Source: a virus. From it: a stretch of 64,000 bases of DNA. The notes beneath the pieces were generated by a model. That model had not been told where the DNA came from, made no database searches, and was given only the letters and a program-made list of their open reading frames with translations. Positions within the stretch are counted from its first letter, which is position 1, and each line of letters opens with the position of its first letter. Where the stretch lies: the IMG/VR virus record IMGVR_UViG_3300032093_000087, positions 6,650-70,649 of that record. One strand, given 5' to 3'. This document shows positions 51,465-61,524 of the stretch, one piece after another. A program made the position numbers and the translations under genes.

Positions 51465-51809
51465 TTATTGAGCTGCACAGCTTTGTCCACCGTACTTACC
51501 AGTGTCAATACAACTAACAACACAAGCTGTAATTTTTATAATATCATCAGTGTGTGATAATATCTGTGATGTACAAGCCATGGTACCAAAACCGGGACTC
51601 AAAATCATTGTTCCACAGTCAATAAGAAAATCTTGGAATTCCTTAGCTGTGGACATTTTTCTAGCACAATACATTAATGATCTTTGACCTGGAAATTTAT
51701 TTGAGGTCATTTTTATTTTTTTACTTAGGTCCTCAACAACCCCTTCAGTCATAACTCTTTTTACTATTCTAGTCAAATCTGACTCAGTTAATCTAACAAC
51801 TTTTTTCAT
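51465..51809 (-). CDS. Leader-family Cys-rich protein
   Basis: MKKVVRLTESDLTRIVKRVMTE. Confidence 0.8.
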   Translation of the reverse strand: MKKVVRLTESDLTRIVKRVMTEGVVEDLSKKIKMTSNKFPGQRSLMYCARKMSTAKEFQDFLIDCGTMILSPGFGTMACTSQILSHTDDIIKITACVVSCIDTGKYGGQSCAAQ

Positions 51810-51893
51810 AATTTTTTATTTGTATAAATAAATATCATTAAAAATGAAAAACCTCACCCGAAAGGATGAGGTTATCACTTTTTTAATAAATTG

Positions 51894-52430
51894 TTATTGT
51901 TCTGATTCTACAGTTTCCGTAACTACCTCCAAAGTTTGTAAGTCAATAGTTAAAGTAACATCATCACTAACCAAAACACCACCGGTTTCAAGGGGAGCGT
52001 TCCAGGTTAAATCAAAATCATCACGACTTATTTTACCAGAAAACTCAAATCCGTGTTTTCTATTTCCCCACGGGTCAACACTGGTACCATTGTATTCAGA
52101 ACTTAATGTGACTACACGAGTTACACCTTTAATTGTTAAATCACCAGTGATTGATTCATCACCAACGTTGTACCCATTCGAAACAAATGAGATACTTGGG
52201 TATTTTTCCGAATCAAAAAATTCAGGTGACTTTAAATGATTATCCCTATCCAAATTACTAGTATTAATTGAATTGGTGTCCAACGTAAAGTTTACAGATA
52301 ACTTATCCATTTCACCTTTAAGGGATCCATCAAATTTTGTAAAATTACCCCTAACTGTTGAGATCATTAAATGTTTCACTTTAAATCCTACCTCAGAGTG
52401 AGCTGAGTCAATAATTAAATTTTTTTCCAT
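51894..52430 (-). CDS. yceI: YceI-family polyisoprenoid-binding protein
   Basis: IDSAHSEVGFKVKHLMISTVRG.F...RDNHLKS.EFFD..KYP...GDLTIKGVT...DPWGN...GGVLVSDDV. Confidence 0.95.
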   Translation of the reverse strand: MEKNLIIDSAHSEVGFKVKHLMISTVRGNFTKFDGSLKGEMDKLSVNFTLDTNSINTSNLDRDNHLKSPEFFDSEKYPSISFVSNGYNVGDESITGDLTIKGVTRVVTLSSEYNGTSVDPWGNRKHGFEFSGKISRDDFDLTWNAPLETGGVLVSDDVTLTIDLQTLEVVTETVESEQ

Positions 52431-52487
52431 AATATATTTTTTATGTAGAATGAATAGATAAAATAATTTGATTTGTCAATAGTGATT

Positions 52488-53375
52488 TTAATCCTCGTTA
52501 CACAATTCCAACCTATCGTGATAAGATCTTTTAATTGAATTACCAAACTTTTGTTCCATAAATGAATAAACAAAGTTGTCAATTTCATTTATTTGTAAAT
52601 CATCAAGTTTAGTAAATTCTGGAAATGTATTAATAAACGTTATAGAAGACCCGTTAAGTATTTCATGTAAAAATTCTTTGAATCCCCCATCATAATCATA
52701 GTCACAAACATCGGTATAATCAAATCCTTCAGCTATGATATCCTTCATTAAGGCCAAGTATTCGGGGTCATGTATTAGTCTTCTTCTCAACCCAAAGACC
52801 CCAACTTGTGACTCCGTAATCAAATCTTCAAAATTATCCTCAATGAATTGTCTTAAATTGTATAAATTTTCATCGGTGAACTTAAGATCATTGTCCGAAT
52901 TATCCAGGTATGAGAACGCACTGTGGTCGATTACAACCTCTTTCGCGTTTTCAGGGTAATACTCTTGCCTCAATAAATACTGATAATCAGATTTAACCCA
53001 AGATTTTATTTCCTGGTACCTCCTCCTTAAGTTCAACTTATCAATTTGTGATTCTAACATAACATCAGAGTCATCGGAACAATCCCCATCACCATACTTG
53101 TCATAATGATTTCTAATTCTTTCATCAAACAATGGTATGAGTTGATCCCTAAAATTAAAAAGATCACTAGCACTCAAATTGTCAAACGAATATGTACTTC
53201 GGTCTTCATCATGTGTCATCATCGAAATAGCGTCGTTAATTACCACTCTTCTATATTGTTCATACCTGGAATACTCACATGCGTCGTTCCTCATAAGAGA
53301 CAGACCAATTTTATCCTCAACTCGACCAATTCGTCTAACTAAATTGTGTTGGTTTTCATTTAATAGTATTTTCAT
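52488..53375 (-). CDS. Leader-family protein built from three tandem leader+cargo units
   Basis: LNENQ..LVRR, internal LESQ...LRRR and ITESQ...LRRR. Confidence 0.7.
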   Translation of the reverse strand: MKILLNENQHNLVRRIGRVEDKIGLSLMRNDACEYSRYEQYRRVVINDAISMMTHDEDRSTYSFDNLSASDLFNFRDQLIPLFDERIRNHYDKYGDGDCSDDSDVMLESQIDKLNLRRRYQEIKSWVKSDYQYLLRQEYYPENAKEVVIDHSAFSYLDNSDNDLKFTDENLYNLRQFIEDNFEDLITESQVGVFGLRRRLIHDPEYLALMKDIIAEGFDYTDVCDYDYDGGFKEFLHEILNGSSITFINTFPEFTKLDDLQINEIDNFVYSFMEQKFGNSIKRSYHDRLELCNED

Positions 53376-53385
53376 CTATCGAAAA

Positions 53386-54498
53386 TTAATATACCGAAGG
53401 TGAATTATTTTGTTGGTCTGTTTGTTGAGTTGTTGATGAACTCGTAGTACTTGATGGTGAATAATTCGTAACCGGATTACCCTTTGGTAGATAACTTTTT
53501 AAAACCCAAGCGGTATTTGGACCAACAATACCATCCACCTTTAAGTCGGAAGACTTTTGAAACTCCCTCACAGCGGAATCGGTCGTATCATCAAAAACAT
53601 TATCACATTTGTTGGTATCCGATTGACAACCAGACATATCAGATGTTATTTGGGCGTCACCGATTTTATCTGAAATTATTAGTGATCTCTTAAGTTCCAT
53701 AACCCCAACCCCTTTAGATCCTTTTTTTAAGTATAAGTCATTTTCCGATATATCTTCTAATTTAGATGTCTCAGTTGCTGGTGTTTTAGCTTTTCTTTCT
53801 GTAAAAGTGATGGTATTACCATCTAAAGTAAATTTAACATTTTTGGACCATTTATAACCATCCCAATATTCTATAGATCCCCCATCTTTAGAGGATTTAA
53901 ACCAAATAGATTTAAAGTTATCCCCATTAAATCTGATAGTTAAGTCAATACCCCAATTCTGAAAATCAACATCAAAAATGAACGATTCACTATAACCGTT
54001 TAGGTTATTATTTTTATAAAAATCGAAAAATGTTTTTAAATACTTTGAATTTTGATTTAGTTCAGAGTCGGTTATATTCCCGTTCTTAAGTTTCTCAACA
54101 ACGTCCTTAATGTGATCTATCGCGGTTGTGTTTTCAGTTTTAAAGTATTTTGTGTATGCGACAAATTGATCTGGTTTTGTTCTAAGTGTGGTTGGTATAT
54201 TTATAAATTTAATGTAAAAATAACCCGGAAATCGTCTATCATGTATTAATTCTACGGTACCTTTATCAATCCCAAATAACTCCTTAGAGTTTGTTACTTC
54301 CTGTTTGTCCTTAGTTAGTGGACCCAACTTCATACCCATTAATTCATTCATGGTTGTAGTACTATTTGATTGGGTTGTTGCGGTATTTGATGGGGTTGAA
54401 TCTGTTGACCCAACCTCCTGTTCACTAACAATTCGTTTAGACATATACATTGATAATATGTCTTTTTTTTCGTCTTCGGTAAGAATAAATCGTTTCAT
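53386..54498 (-). CDS. Leader-family protein with C-terminal peptidoglycan-binding domain
   Basis: MKRFILTEDEK; LKKGSKG..V.ELK...T..AVREFQK...LKVDGIVGPNT. Confidence 0.75.
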   Translation of the reverse strand: MKRFILTEDEKKDILSMYMSKRIVSEQEVGSTDSTPSNTATTQSNSTTTMNELMGMKLGPLTKDKQEVTNSKELFGIDKGTVELIHDRRFPGYFYIKFINIPTTLRTKPDQFVAYTKYFKTENTTAIDHIKDVVEKLKNGNITDSELNQNSKYLKTFFDFYKNNNLNGYSESFIFDVDFQNWGIDLTIRFNGDNFKSIWFKSSKDGGSIEYWDGYKWSKNVKFTLDGNTITFTERKAKTPATETSKLEDISENDLYLKKGSKGVGVMELKRSLIISDKIGDAQITSDMSGCQSDTNKCDNVFDDTTDSAVREFQKSSDLKVDGIVGPNTAWVLKSYLPKGNPVTNYSPSSTTSSSTTQQTDQQNNSPSVY

Positions 54499-54510
54499 AA
54501 TATTTTTTAT

Positions 54511-54753
54511 CTAACTATCCAGTTTATCAGCTAGTTTTTCCCACTCTTCGTGACTACTAAATCTATTTTTATTTTCTTGTCTAAGTTTTCTCGCTAATTC
54601 CTTGGGGGTATTTTCTTTAAGTCCGATCATACCGTACCCAAGTCTACTAAGTATTATACGAGCCTCCCTTTCAAGAGACTCTTTATTTTCTTTAATTACA
54701 CGATTAACAATCTTTGTTAAATCACTTTCAGTTAGTCTAATTATTTTTTTCAT
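54511..54753 (-). CDS. Leader-family protein, near-identical paralog of 59987..60229
   Basis: Both 80 aa and nearly identical along their length. Confidence 0.85.
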   Translation of the reverse strand: MKKIIRLTESDLTKIVNRVIKENKESLEREARIILSRLGYGMIGLKENTPKELARKLRQENKNRFSSHEEWEKLADKLDS

Positions 54754-54780
54754 AATAATAAATATCTCTGAAAATAATTA

Positions 54781-55695
54781 TTACAATTTTTGATACAATC
54801 CTGGTAGGTCTTTTTGAATATAAATAACCTTTTCCTTAAATGATTTATTTACATAATACTGAATTGGTAAACTCCACTCATATGGCCCAACATATCGGTT
54901 GTGCATTTTTAAAAAATTATCATTAATATAAACATATACAACCCCAGCGTCTACCCAATTGGTCCACAAACTAACAGTTGGTGGTGGGATAACTATTTTT
55001 TCCTTCCCAATAATTTCTAGGGTTCCATTTATTTTCGGATAAAAATTTGTATGGGTACCTAGTATGAAATTGTCAAGGGATAAACCGGCGTATATATTCG
55101 CGTAACCACTATATTTTACAATTACTTTACCAGATCCCCTGGTTAATGTTACGTTTTGTAAGATTAACCCATTAAATTTAACCGTTAGGTGAACCCCAAA
55201 ACATGTTTCACCAAATGGCCAAACATCGTAACAGCTACCATACCATTTATTGGTATTTGAATTTAGGTAATTGTTTATTTTTGGTATTATATATTTTTGT
55301 ATCACTTGATTTACTTCTTGGATTAAAAGTCCCTTATTGTTTGTAAATATGGTGTACGGGTCCACATTTGTGGATTCAGTTAGATTTGTTTGTGTTGATC
55401 CGGATGTTTGACCGGTAACAGCTGGTGGTGTCGTTGGTGTTAAACTCTTAGGTGTTTGTTTGGGTCCTTTTATATAATCAAGTAACTCTTTTTGACTTGG
55501 GTTTTCCTTTTTAAAAATATTTAACGACCAATTTTTAATTTTGTTGTCAGATTTAATAAGATTCACAAATTTAGAAAATAGATTATTAATGCTAGTCTTT
55601 TCTTGACTTTGTTCAGACGAAGTAACTTCCATCAACAATGGTTTAACATTACCTAATTTCGACTCAAGTAGTTCTTTAAATCTAAAAATGTTCAT
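54781..55695 (-). CDS. Hypothetical protein
   Basis: N-terminal RFKELLESKLGNVKPLLME. Confidence 0.7.
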   Translation of the reverse strand: MNIFRFKELLESKLGNVKPLLMEVTSSEQSQEKTSINNLFSKFVNLIKSDNKIKNWSLNIFKKENPSQKELLDYIKGPKQTPKSLTPTTPPAVTGQTSGSTQTNLTESTNVDPYTIFTNNKGLLIQEVNQVIQKYIIPKINNYLNSNTNKWYGSCYDVWPFGETCFGVHLTVKFNGLILQNVTLTRGSGKVIVKYSGYANIYAGLSLDNFILGTHTNFYPKINGTLEIIGKEKIVIPPPTVSLWTNWVDAGVVYVYINDNFLKMHNRYVGPYEWSLPIQYYVNKSFKEKVIYIQKDLPGLYQKL

Positions 55696-55698
55696 ATA

Positions 55699-55968
55699 TT
55701 ACATACCGATATTTCCTCGTAGATTACGTATTGTATAATTAAAATCCTTCTCTAACTGGTCAATAGCTCTTTCGTATTGTCTACGATTTCTTGGTCCATC
55801 TGGAGCGTAATTATTTAACATCTCATAACCAAAGTCCATAACTTTATTAATGTCCCCACCCATTCTTTCATCGAACATTTCATCACCCATAGATTCTTCA
55901 TTTTCTTTGATGATCCTTTTAATCAGTCTTGTTAACTCTCTTTCATTAAGTCTTATTGTATTTTTCAT
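55699..55968 (-). CDS. Leader-family protein
   Basis: MKNTIRLNERELTRLIKRIIKE. Confidence 0.8.
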   Translation of the reverse strand: MKNTIRLNERELTRLIKRIIKENEESMGDEMFDERMGGDINKVMDFGYEMLNNYAPDGPRNRRQYERAIDQLEKDFNYTIRNLRGNIGM

Positions 55969-56035
55969 AACATTTTTTTATTTATAAATACATTGATTAG
56001 TAAAAAAAAACAAATCGAGTGGGTGGTGGATTAGA

Positions 56036-56215
56036 TTATAAACGGGAAGCGGTTTCCATAATAGACCTTAATTTATTTTCCAATTCTCGGACCTCCCTTA
56101 ATTGACTCTCATTTAAATCTAATGACTCACCTTTTACTGATGAGATTTTGTTTTGGGTTCGTGTGTACTCCATCATTAATTGGGTATACTTTTGTGCTTT
56201 TTCTTCGTTGTTCAT
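56036..56215 (-). CDS. Small coiled-coil protein (59 aa), not in the ORF track
   Basis: MNNEEKAQKY...METASRL; TATTTAT upstream. Confidence 0.55.
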   Translation of the reverse strand: MNNEEKAQKYTQLMMEYTRTQNKISSVKGESLDLNESQLREVRELENKLRSIMETASRL

Positions 56216-56285
56216 ACTTTATATATAAGTGATAAATATTAAAAGGAAATAAAAAAACCCCACTTTATAGGTGGGGGTTTTTTAT

Positions 56286-56600
56286 TTAATATTCTTCATA
56301 CTCGTCGTAATCGTCATCCTCGTCATCCTCATCGGATCTAACATCCCAATCACCGTAACTATCCCTAAACGCGGTCCATCCGTAGATGTTAGGACCAACT
56401 TCACCGATCCAATCCTGGATACCCATTCTATCGTCCGGATCGTTACTTGAATTCCATTTACTTAGATCCTGTCTAACCATGTCCCACCACTCAGTTTTAC
56501 TCTTAGCTACCCTAGGGCTGTCATCTTTTTTCATCTCATTTATTGTTCTACGAATAACCTTAGTTAATTCAGACTCCGTTAATCTTATAGTTTGTTTCAT
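56286..56600 (-). CDS. Leader-family protein
   Basis: MKQTIRLTESELTKVIRRTINE. Confidence 0.8.
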   Translation of the reverse strand: MKQTIRLTESELTKVIRRTINEMKKDDSPRVAKSKTEWWDMVRQDLSKWNSSNDPDDRMGIQDWIGEVGPNIYGWTAFRDSYGDWDVRSDEDDEDDDYDEYEEY

Positions 56601-56611
56601 ACTAGTAAATA

Positions 56612-57196
56612 TTATAAAAATTGATTTTCATATTCCATTTGTTTAAATATCGGACGACACATATGTAGTATATTTGAAACGTAGGTTACGTTTAACCAAG
56701 TTATTATATCCTTAAATGTTTCAAAATCTTGTTTAAGTTCAAATCTCACATATTCATCTAGGGGTCTCCCGGTTATAACACCTTTTTTGATGTACAGATC
56801 AACGTCAACCGGTAAAAAACAATTCCCATCCCAATAAGGAGTCGCGACACCATCAAGGACATCACCGGTACTTATTTTTGTAACTTTAAAATATACCGTC
56901 TCACCATAACCACCAGGGTAAATTTTAACCACATAATCACCCCATTTATGTTCTAATTTCATTACTTTCTTACTTCCACCCCACCATTCCATAGACTCGG
57001 ATCCAGAATTTACCACGGAATCACATATTTCATACAAATCAGTACAACTAAGTTTTGGTAACTTGTGATCACCATAAATTTTAAAAATCTGAGGTAATGT
57101 TAGTCTCATTCTTTCCATGGTCTCAACAAACCCATGTTCTAAAAATGATTTTGATAATAGGTTTTTTAAATTAGATTCTGTGATGATGTATTTCAT
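56612..57196 (-). CDS. Leader-family protein, paralog of 46653..47219
   Basis: MKYIITESNL; GVATPYWDGNCFLP. Confidence 0.75.
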   Translation of the reverse strand: MKYIITESNLKNLLSKSFLEHGFVETMERMRLTLPQIFKIYGDHKLPKLSCTDLYEICDSVVNSGSESMEWWGGSKKVMKLEHKWGDYVVKIYPGGYGETVYFKVTKISTGDVLDGVATPYWDGNCFLPVDVDLYIKKGVITGRPLDEYVRFELKQDFETFKDIITWLNVTYVSNILHMCRPIFKQMEYENQFL

Positions 57197-57205
57197 ATAT
57201 GTTAA

Positions 57206-57754
57206 TTATCTATACCCGTGTCTGAGTCTAGGGTTATCAAGTCCGTTTCTCTCCAACCAATCAACAAGTGAATTGTATAGATTCTCATCCTTATTAGCTA
57301 CGGTATAAAAAAGGTATGATTCTGCTTCATCCTCCTCAAAAAACCCAGGTTGTGACAACCTATATACCGTATCGTATATTTTATTCAATTCTTCAGGTGT
57401 GAATTGTGATAGTGGGTCCATATCTAGGTTTTCATCGTCACCCTCCATGTCCATACCATAATAGTCATCACTCATGTCACCATCCTCACTATAATCCTCA
57501 AACAATGAGTTAGTTGAGTGAAGTAGTCTTCTACCTTTTTCTTTAAGGTACTCAAGATCCTCCTCGTTACCCTCACAATATCTAATCACAATTGTTTCAT
57601 CATCAATGTCAACGTGACCACTTCTAATATTCCTCCCACAATCAACCGATTGTATGTCATAGGAATAGTCATAATCCATTTCCCTATTTTCCTTAACAAT
57701 TCTCGTAATCAGTCTTGTTAAATCGGATTCTGTAAGTCTAATAATTTTTTTCAT
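57206..57754 (-). CDS. Leader-family acidic protein (start moved to MKKIIRLTESDL)
   Basis: Leader motif and upstream TATTTAT. Confidence 0.8.
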   Translation of the reverse strand: MKKIIRLTESDLTRLITRIVKENREMDYDYSYDIQSVDCGRNIRSGHVDIDDETIVIRYCEGNEEDLEYLKEKGRRLLHSTNSLFEDYSEDGDMSDDYYGMDMEGDDENLDMDPLSQFTPEELNKIYDTVYRLSQPGFFEEDEAESYLFYTVANKDENLYNSLVDWLERNGLDNPRLRHGYR

Positions 57755-57785
57755 ATTAATAAATATATCATAAAATAACAATTAC

Positions 57786-58547
57786 TTAAACACCTTTCCT
57801 ACCAAGAATCCAGTTACAACCATACAATCTATTGTTTTTCCTATTTTTAAGGTTTTTGAAATCAAGTAAAAGTATTTGGGTAAGGGCGGCAATAAAAGAT
57901 TTTTTCCATTTTGAAGCACATTTAAACCCTATACTAGCCTGAAGTTTATAGATTAAACACCTCAACATAACACAAATAAAGTAAGCAGCCATAGTAATCC
58001 ACATCCAAGGTTTAATTCTTTGTAAATAAGGATATAAATCAGGGAAACTTCTTTGTATTACATTTGTTTCATATGGGTCAGGATCTTGTTCTGATATTTC
58101 TGTTTTAGGAGGTTCGACTCCCGGTTGATTTATACTAGGCTTTTTTAATTTTTTTATAAATTCAGATATTAATTTTCTAAGATCATCAATTGTTAGTTTT
58201 TCTAAATTTGTTGTTGGTAATTTTTGTATTTCATTTATTAATGTTTTAGTTTGAGTTTTATAATCACCATCTTGGTCAGACCCATTTGGGATACTAACTA
58301 AATTAGACGCTTCATTAACGAGTCTTTGGATATCACCAGCACTTTTAACTTCGTTGTCTATAGTGTCAATTAATTTTTCATCATTAGCTGAACACATATA
58401 TTGTGTGTTAGCATTGTCTGGTGTATTTTGTAAATTTGTTACGTTATACTCTGTTGGTGGTGTTGTAACTTGTTCGGAAATCACCCTACCCTTTTGATAT
58501 GAAAGAAGGTATTTCACATAATTCAATTCTTCATTAATATTTTTCAT
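57786..58547 (-). CDS. Membrane protein with second leader type (start MKNINEEL)
   Basis: EL..VKYLLSYQKG.VISEQ resembles the N-terminus of 42809..44002; C-terminal TM. Confidence 0.7.
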   Translation of the reverse strand: MKNINEELNYVKYLLSYQKGRVISEQVTTPPTEYNVTNLQNTPDNANTQYMCSANDEKLIDTIDNEVKSAGDIQRLVNEASNLVSIPNGSDQDGDYKTQTKTLINEIQKLPTTNLEKLTIDDLRKLISEFIKKLKKPSINQPGVEPPKTEISEQDPDPYETNVIQRSFPDLYPYLQRIKPWMWITMAAYFICVMLRCLIYKLQASIGFKCASKWKKSFIAALTQILLLDFKNLKNRKNNRLYGCNWILGRKGV

Positions 58548-58619
58548 ATTAATAAATATTATATAAAACAAAAAAACCCCACCGATGAGGTGGGGGTATT
58601 AAACTCAATATATAATTTT

Positions 58620-59192
58620 TTATTTTCTTCTTTTAATTTTTAGTGGTTGCCCTTTTGCTGTGTACCGGTCATAATATTGTTTAGGATTTGTCCCGTACAT
58701 TCTTGAAGCACTTTTCATACCATATTTATCTACAAAGTCATCAAATTGATCTTCACCATATTCTTCATCCTCAAACTCATCATCATTAAATTCATAATTA
58801 CCAGGTAGACCTTGTTTATTAATCCAACGCTCATTTCCGTGAGAAGCATACATATCACCTTCGTAATAATCATAATCACCTGATTTCTGTCCCTGTAGAG
58901 AAACACCTTTCCTCATTGAGTAATCAAGAAGTTCTTCCCATTGATTTAAATAATTATCCTTTTGGTCTTGATCCAACTGAGAGTCATTTTGAATTTCTTG
59001 TTCCAAATTACTTACTTCATCGTTAACATCAATAAATTCATCATAATTGTGGGTTGTTCTTACTTTATTTTTAAGTGATTTAAGTTTAGAATCGTACTTA
59101 TTATCTGGGAACATATCCATTTGATTTTCTCGAATGACACGTTTAACAAGACGTATTAAATCTGATTCTGTAAGACGTATAGTTTTTTTCAT
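58620..59192 (-). CDS. Leader-family protein
   Basis: MKKTIRLTESDLIRLVKRVIRE. Confidence 0.8.
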   Translation of the reverse strand: MKKTIRLTESDLIRLVKRVIRENQMDMFPDNKYDSKLKSLKNKVRTTHNYDEFIDVNDEVSNLEQEIQNDSQLDQDQKDNYLNQWEELLDYSMRKGVSLQGQKSGDYDYYEGDMYASHGNERWINKQGLPGNYEFNDDEFEDEEYGEDQFDDFVDKYGMKSASRMYGTNPKQYYDRYTAKGQPLKIKRRK

Positions 59193-59285
59193 AATATTAT
59201 TTTATATATAAATATATCATAAATAAAAAAAAACCCACCGATGAGAGGTGGGGGGGATTTAAACACACAAAATAATATAAAATGA

Positions 59286-59516
59286 TTAAACCAAAGAATC
59301 TATTTCCTCGTCATCAAATATCTCCAAACTACTGTAAGCGATGTCCATAGCGGCACCATTGTCAAATCTAACGGCCACAAAATGATCAAAACTTCCATAT
59401 AAACCAAATTTATGGTTTGGAATCGTAGTACCTAATGAACCTTCGACACAACGAGAATCGTATCTGGTTAAATCTACGTTCAAACGAACTCTAACTGGGG
59501 GACCTCCTAACTGCAT
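59286..59516 (-). CDS. Small hypothetical protein
   Basis: ORF track; own TAnnTTTG promoter and terminator. Confidence 0.65.
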   Translation of the reverse strand: MQLGGPPVRVRLNVDLTRYDSRCVEGSLGTTIPNHKFGLYGSFDHFVAVRFDNGAAMDIAYSSLEIFDDEEIDSLV

Positions 59517-59644
59517 ATTAAATAATTTAAAGATTAATAAAACAAATATAGTGGATAATTTTTAATTGGCCAAATTTTATATCATAATAATAATAAATAA
59601 AAAACCCCACCGATGAGGTGGGGGTAGTCAAAATAGTTTTTTTA

Positions 59645-59977
59645 TCAAAATTTAGGGTATGATTTCTCATCATTCCGATTATAAGAATAACCTAAATCTC
59701 TAATTTTCTTTTTTAGATCCTTAATTTCACGTTCATAAAAACCAATCTCTTGAGGGTCTATGTTCATTGAGTCATAGAAGTACAAATAATGATTTAATTC
59801 TTTTGTTAATTCATCAACCTTCTCCTTTTTGGAAAGTTCAACTGGAGTTGAGTCGTCCGGTTTTTCTTTCTTAAACATTTTGGAAATCCAATTTTCCTTA
59901 ACTTCATTGTTTTCTTCAACAATCCTTTTAATAAGTCTTGTCAACTCCGATTCTGTTAATCTTATAGTTTTTTTCAT
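59645..59977 (-). CDS. Leader-family protein
   Basis: MKKTIRLTESELTRLIKRIVEE. Confidence 0.8.
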   Translation of the reverse strand: MKKTIRLTESELTRLIKRIVEENNEVKENWISKMFKKEKPDDSTPVELSKKEKVDELTKELNHYLYFYDSMNIDPQEIGFYEREIKDLKKKIRDLGYSYNRNDEKSYPKF

Positions 59978-59986
59978 ATTGTGTAA

Positions 59987-60229
59987 TTAATCTTCCAATT
60001 TATCGGCTAACTTTTCCCATTCTTCGTGATTGCCAAATCTATCTTTATTTTCTTGTCTAAGTTTTCTCGATAATTCCTTGGGGGTATCTTCCTTAAGTCC
60101 GGTCATACGATACCCAAGTCTACTAAGTATTATACGAGCTTCCCTTTCAAGACCCTCCTTATTTTCTTTAATCACTCGTTTAACAATCCTTGTTAAATCT
60201 GATTCTGTTAATCTTATAATTTTTTTCAT
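59987..60229 (-). CDS. Leader-family protein, paralog of 54511..54753
   Basis: MKKIIRLTESDLTRIVKRVIKE. Confidence 0.85.
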   Translation of the reverse strand: MKKIIRLTESDLTRIVKRVIKENKEGLEREARIILSRLGYRMTGLKEDTPKELSRKLRQENKDRFGNHEEWEKLADKLED

Positions 60230-60248
60230 AGTTTTTTATTTATAAAAA

Positions 60249-60566
60249 TTAGGACTTCCTACTCTTATCCTCAAATGACCAAAGTCTAATGATATCTGAA
60301 ACAAAACCTTTATAATCATTTACTGTTTCCTCTGGTAATTTTTTAAGGTTTATTTTTTCATCTTCAAAAAACTGATCAATTCTTGATTTAAATTCTTCAG
60401 TACTATTGGAAGTGTCAGTTATATTATAAATTTCACCAAATAATTCATCCCCAAGACGTTCCCAAGATAATCTTTCATCTCCTATACGTGGATAACCGTA
60501 TTCATTAATTATTCTTTTAACAAGTCTTGTTAAATCTCTTTCTGTAAGTCTAATAATTTTTTTCAT
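60249..60566 (-). CDS. Leader-family protein (start moved to MKKIIRLTERDL)
   Basis: Leader motif and upstream TATTTAT. Confidence 0.8.
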   Translation of the reverse strand: MKKIIRLTERDLTRLVKRIINEYGYPRIGDERLSWERLGDELFGEIYNITDTSNSTEEFKSRIDQFFEDEKINLKKLPEETVNDYKGFVSDIIRLWSFEDKSRKS

Positions 60567-60620
60567 ATTAATAAATATTATATAAAACAAAAAACCCCAC
60601 CGATGAGGTGGGGTTCGAGA

Positions 60621-60908
60621 TTATTTAACTCCTTTCATATAATACCCGACTTGACCGGTAGCGGATGAAAAAACAAATCCTTCCTTCTTTAGATGATAGA
60701 TCATTCTATTTTTAAGGGATTTATCGTAGAAGTACGTTTCATAATTATCGTTATTTGGGAATAACATAACTGAAACACAGTTACCGGTAATACCGACCAT
60801 TGATTTATAAACGTATTCGGCCGCTGAGTTCAGCTCTACAACACCAACGTACCCTTTAGACGCTTGTTCATTTAAGAACTCGGATTTAAATTTAAAGTTT
60901 TTTTTCAT
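60621..60908 (-). CDS. Hypothetical protein
   Basis: ORF track; TAnnTTTG box upstream. Confidence 0.65.
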   Translation of the reverse strand: MKKNFKFKSEFLNEQASKGYVGVVELNSAAEYVYKSMVGITGNCVSVMLFPNNDNYETYFYDKSLKNRMIYHLKKEGFVFSSATGQVGYYMKGVK

Positions 60909-60947
60909 GATTAAAATATTTAAGTCAAATATATGTAATATTTTTAA

Positions 60948-61409
60948 TTAATTAAATAAAGGGTCAGTACTAGTTATTGAACTATGACCCAAATCGTAAC
61001 CAAAGTCAATTTCAGGACCAATATGTTCTACATTTAAACCATAAATTTTGGTAAACCAAGAGCCAATTATGTTTAATATTTCCGGAATTTCCTCCACATC
61101 AAAGTCAAAAAAATTGTCAAAAATTAACCAAGCGTGTATGTCCACCGAAATATGATTCCCTTCTTTATCGTGGACCATTAAGAGGTACCCACTATCATTT
61201 ACCAAATATGTGTAATTTGGATATTGCTCCGATTTAACCGGACGGAGATTTTTAAATAAGTTTAAAACGTCACTCAATGAACGTATGTCCATAATCTCTA
61301 TTAAACTCTCATAACCACCAATAGAGTCAACCACATGTTTTGTGTGATGACGATTAATTAATTTCCGTAAACTCCTTTTTAATTCTGTTTTTGCTGTAAG
61401 TTCTCCCAT
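60948..61409 (-). CDS. Hypothetical protein
   Basis: ORF track; TAnnTTTG box upstream. Confidence 0.65.
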   Translation of the reverse strand: MGELTAKTELKRSLRKLINRHHTKHVVDSIGGYESLIEIMDIRSLSDVLNLFKNLRPVKSEQYPNYTYLVNDSGYLLMVHDKEGNHISVDIHAWLIFDNFFDFDVEEIPEILNIIGSWFTKIYGLNVEHIGPEIDFGYDLGHSSITSTDPLFN

Positions 61410-61524
61410 TATGTAATTTTTAATTTTATTAATACTGAAAACAAATATAGTGGATATTTTTTAATTAACCAAATTTTATATCATAAAAATAATAATAAAT
61501 AAAAAACCCCACCGATGAGGTGGG

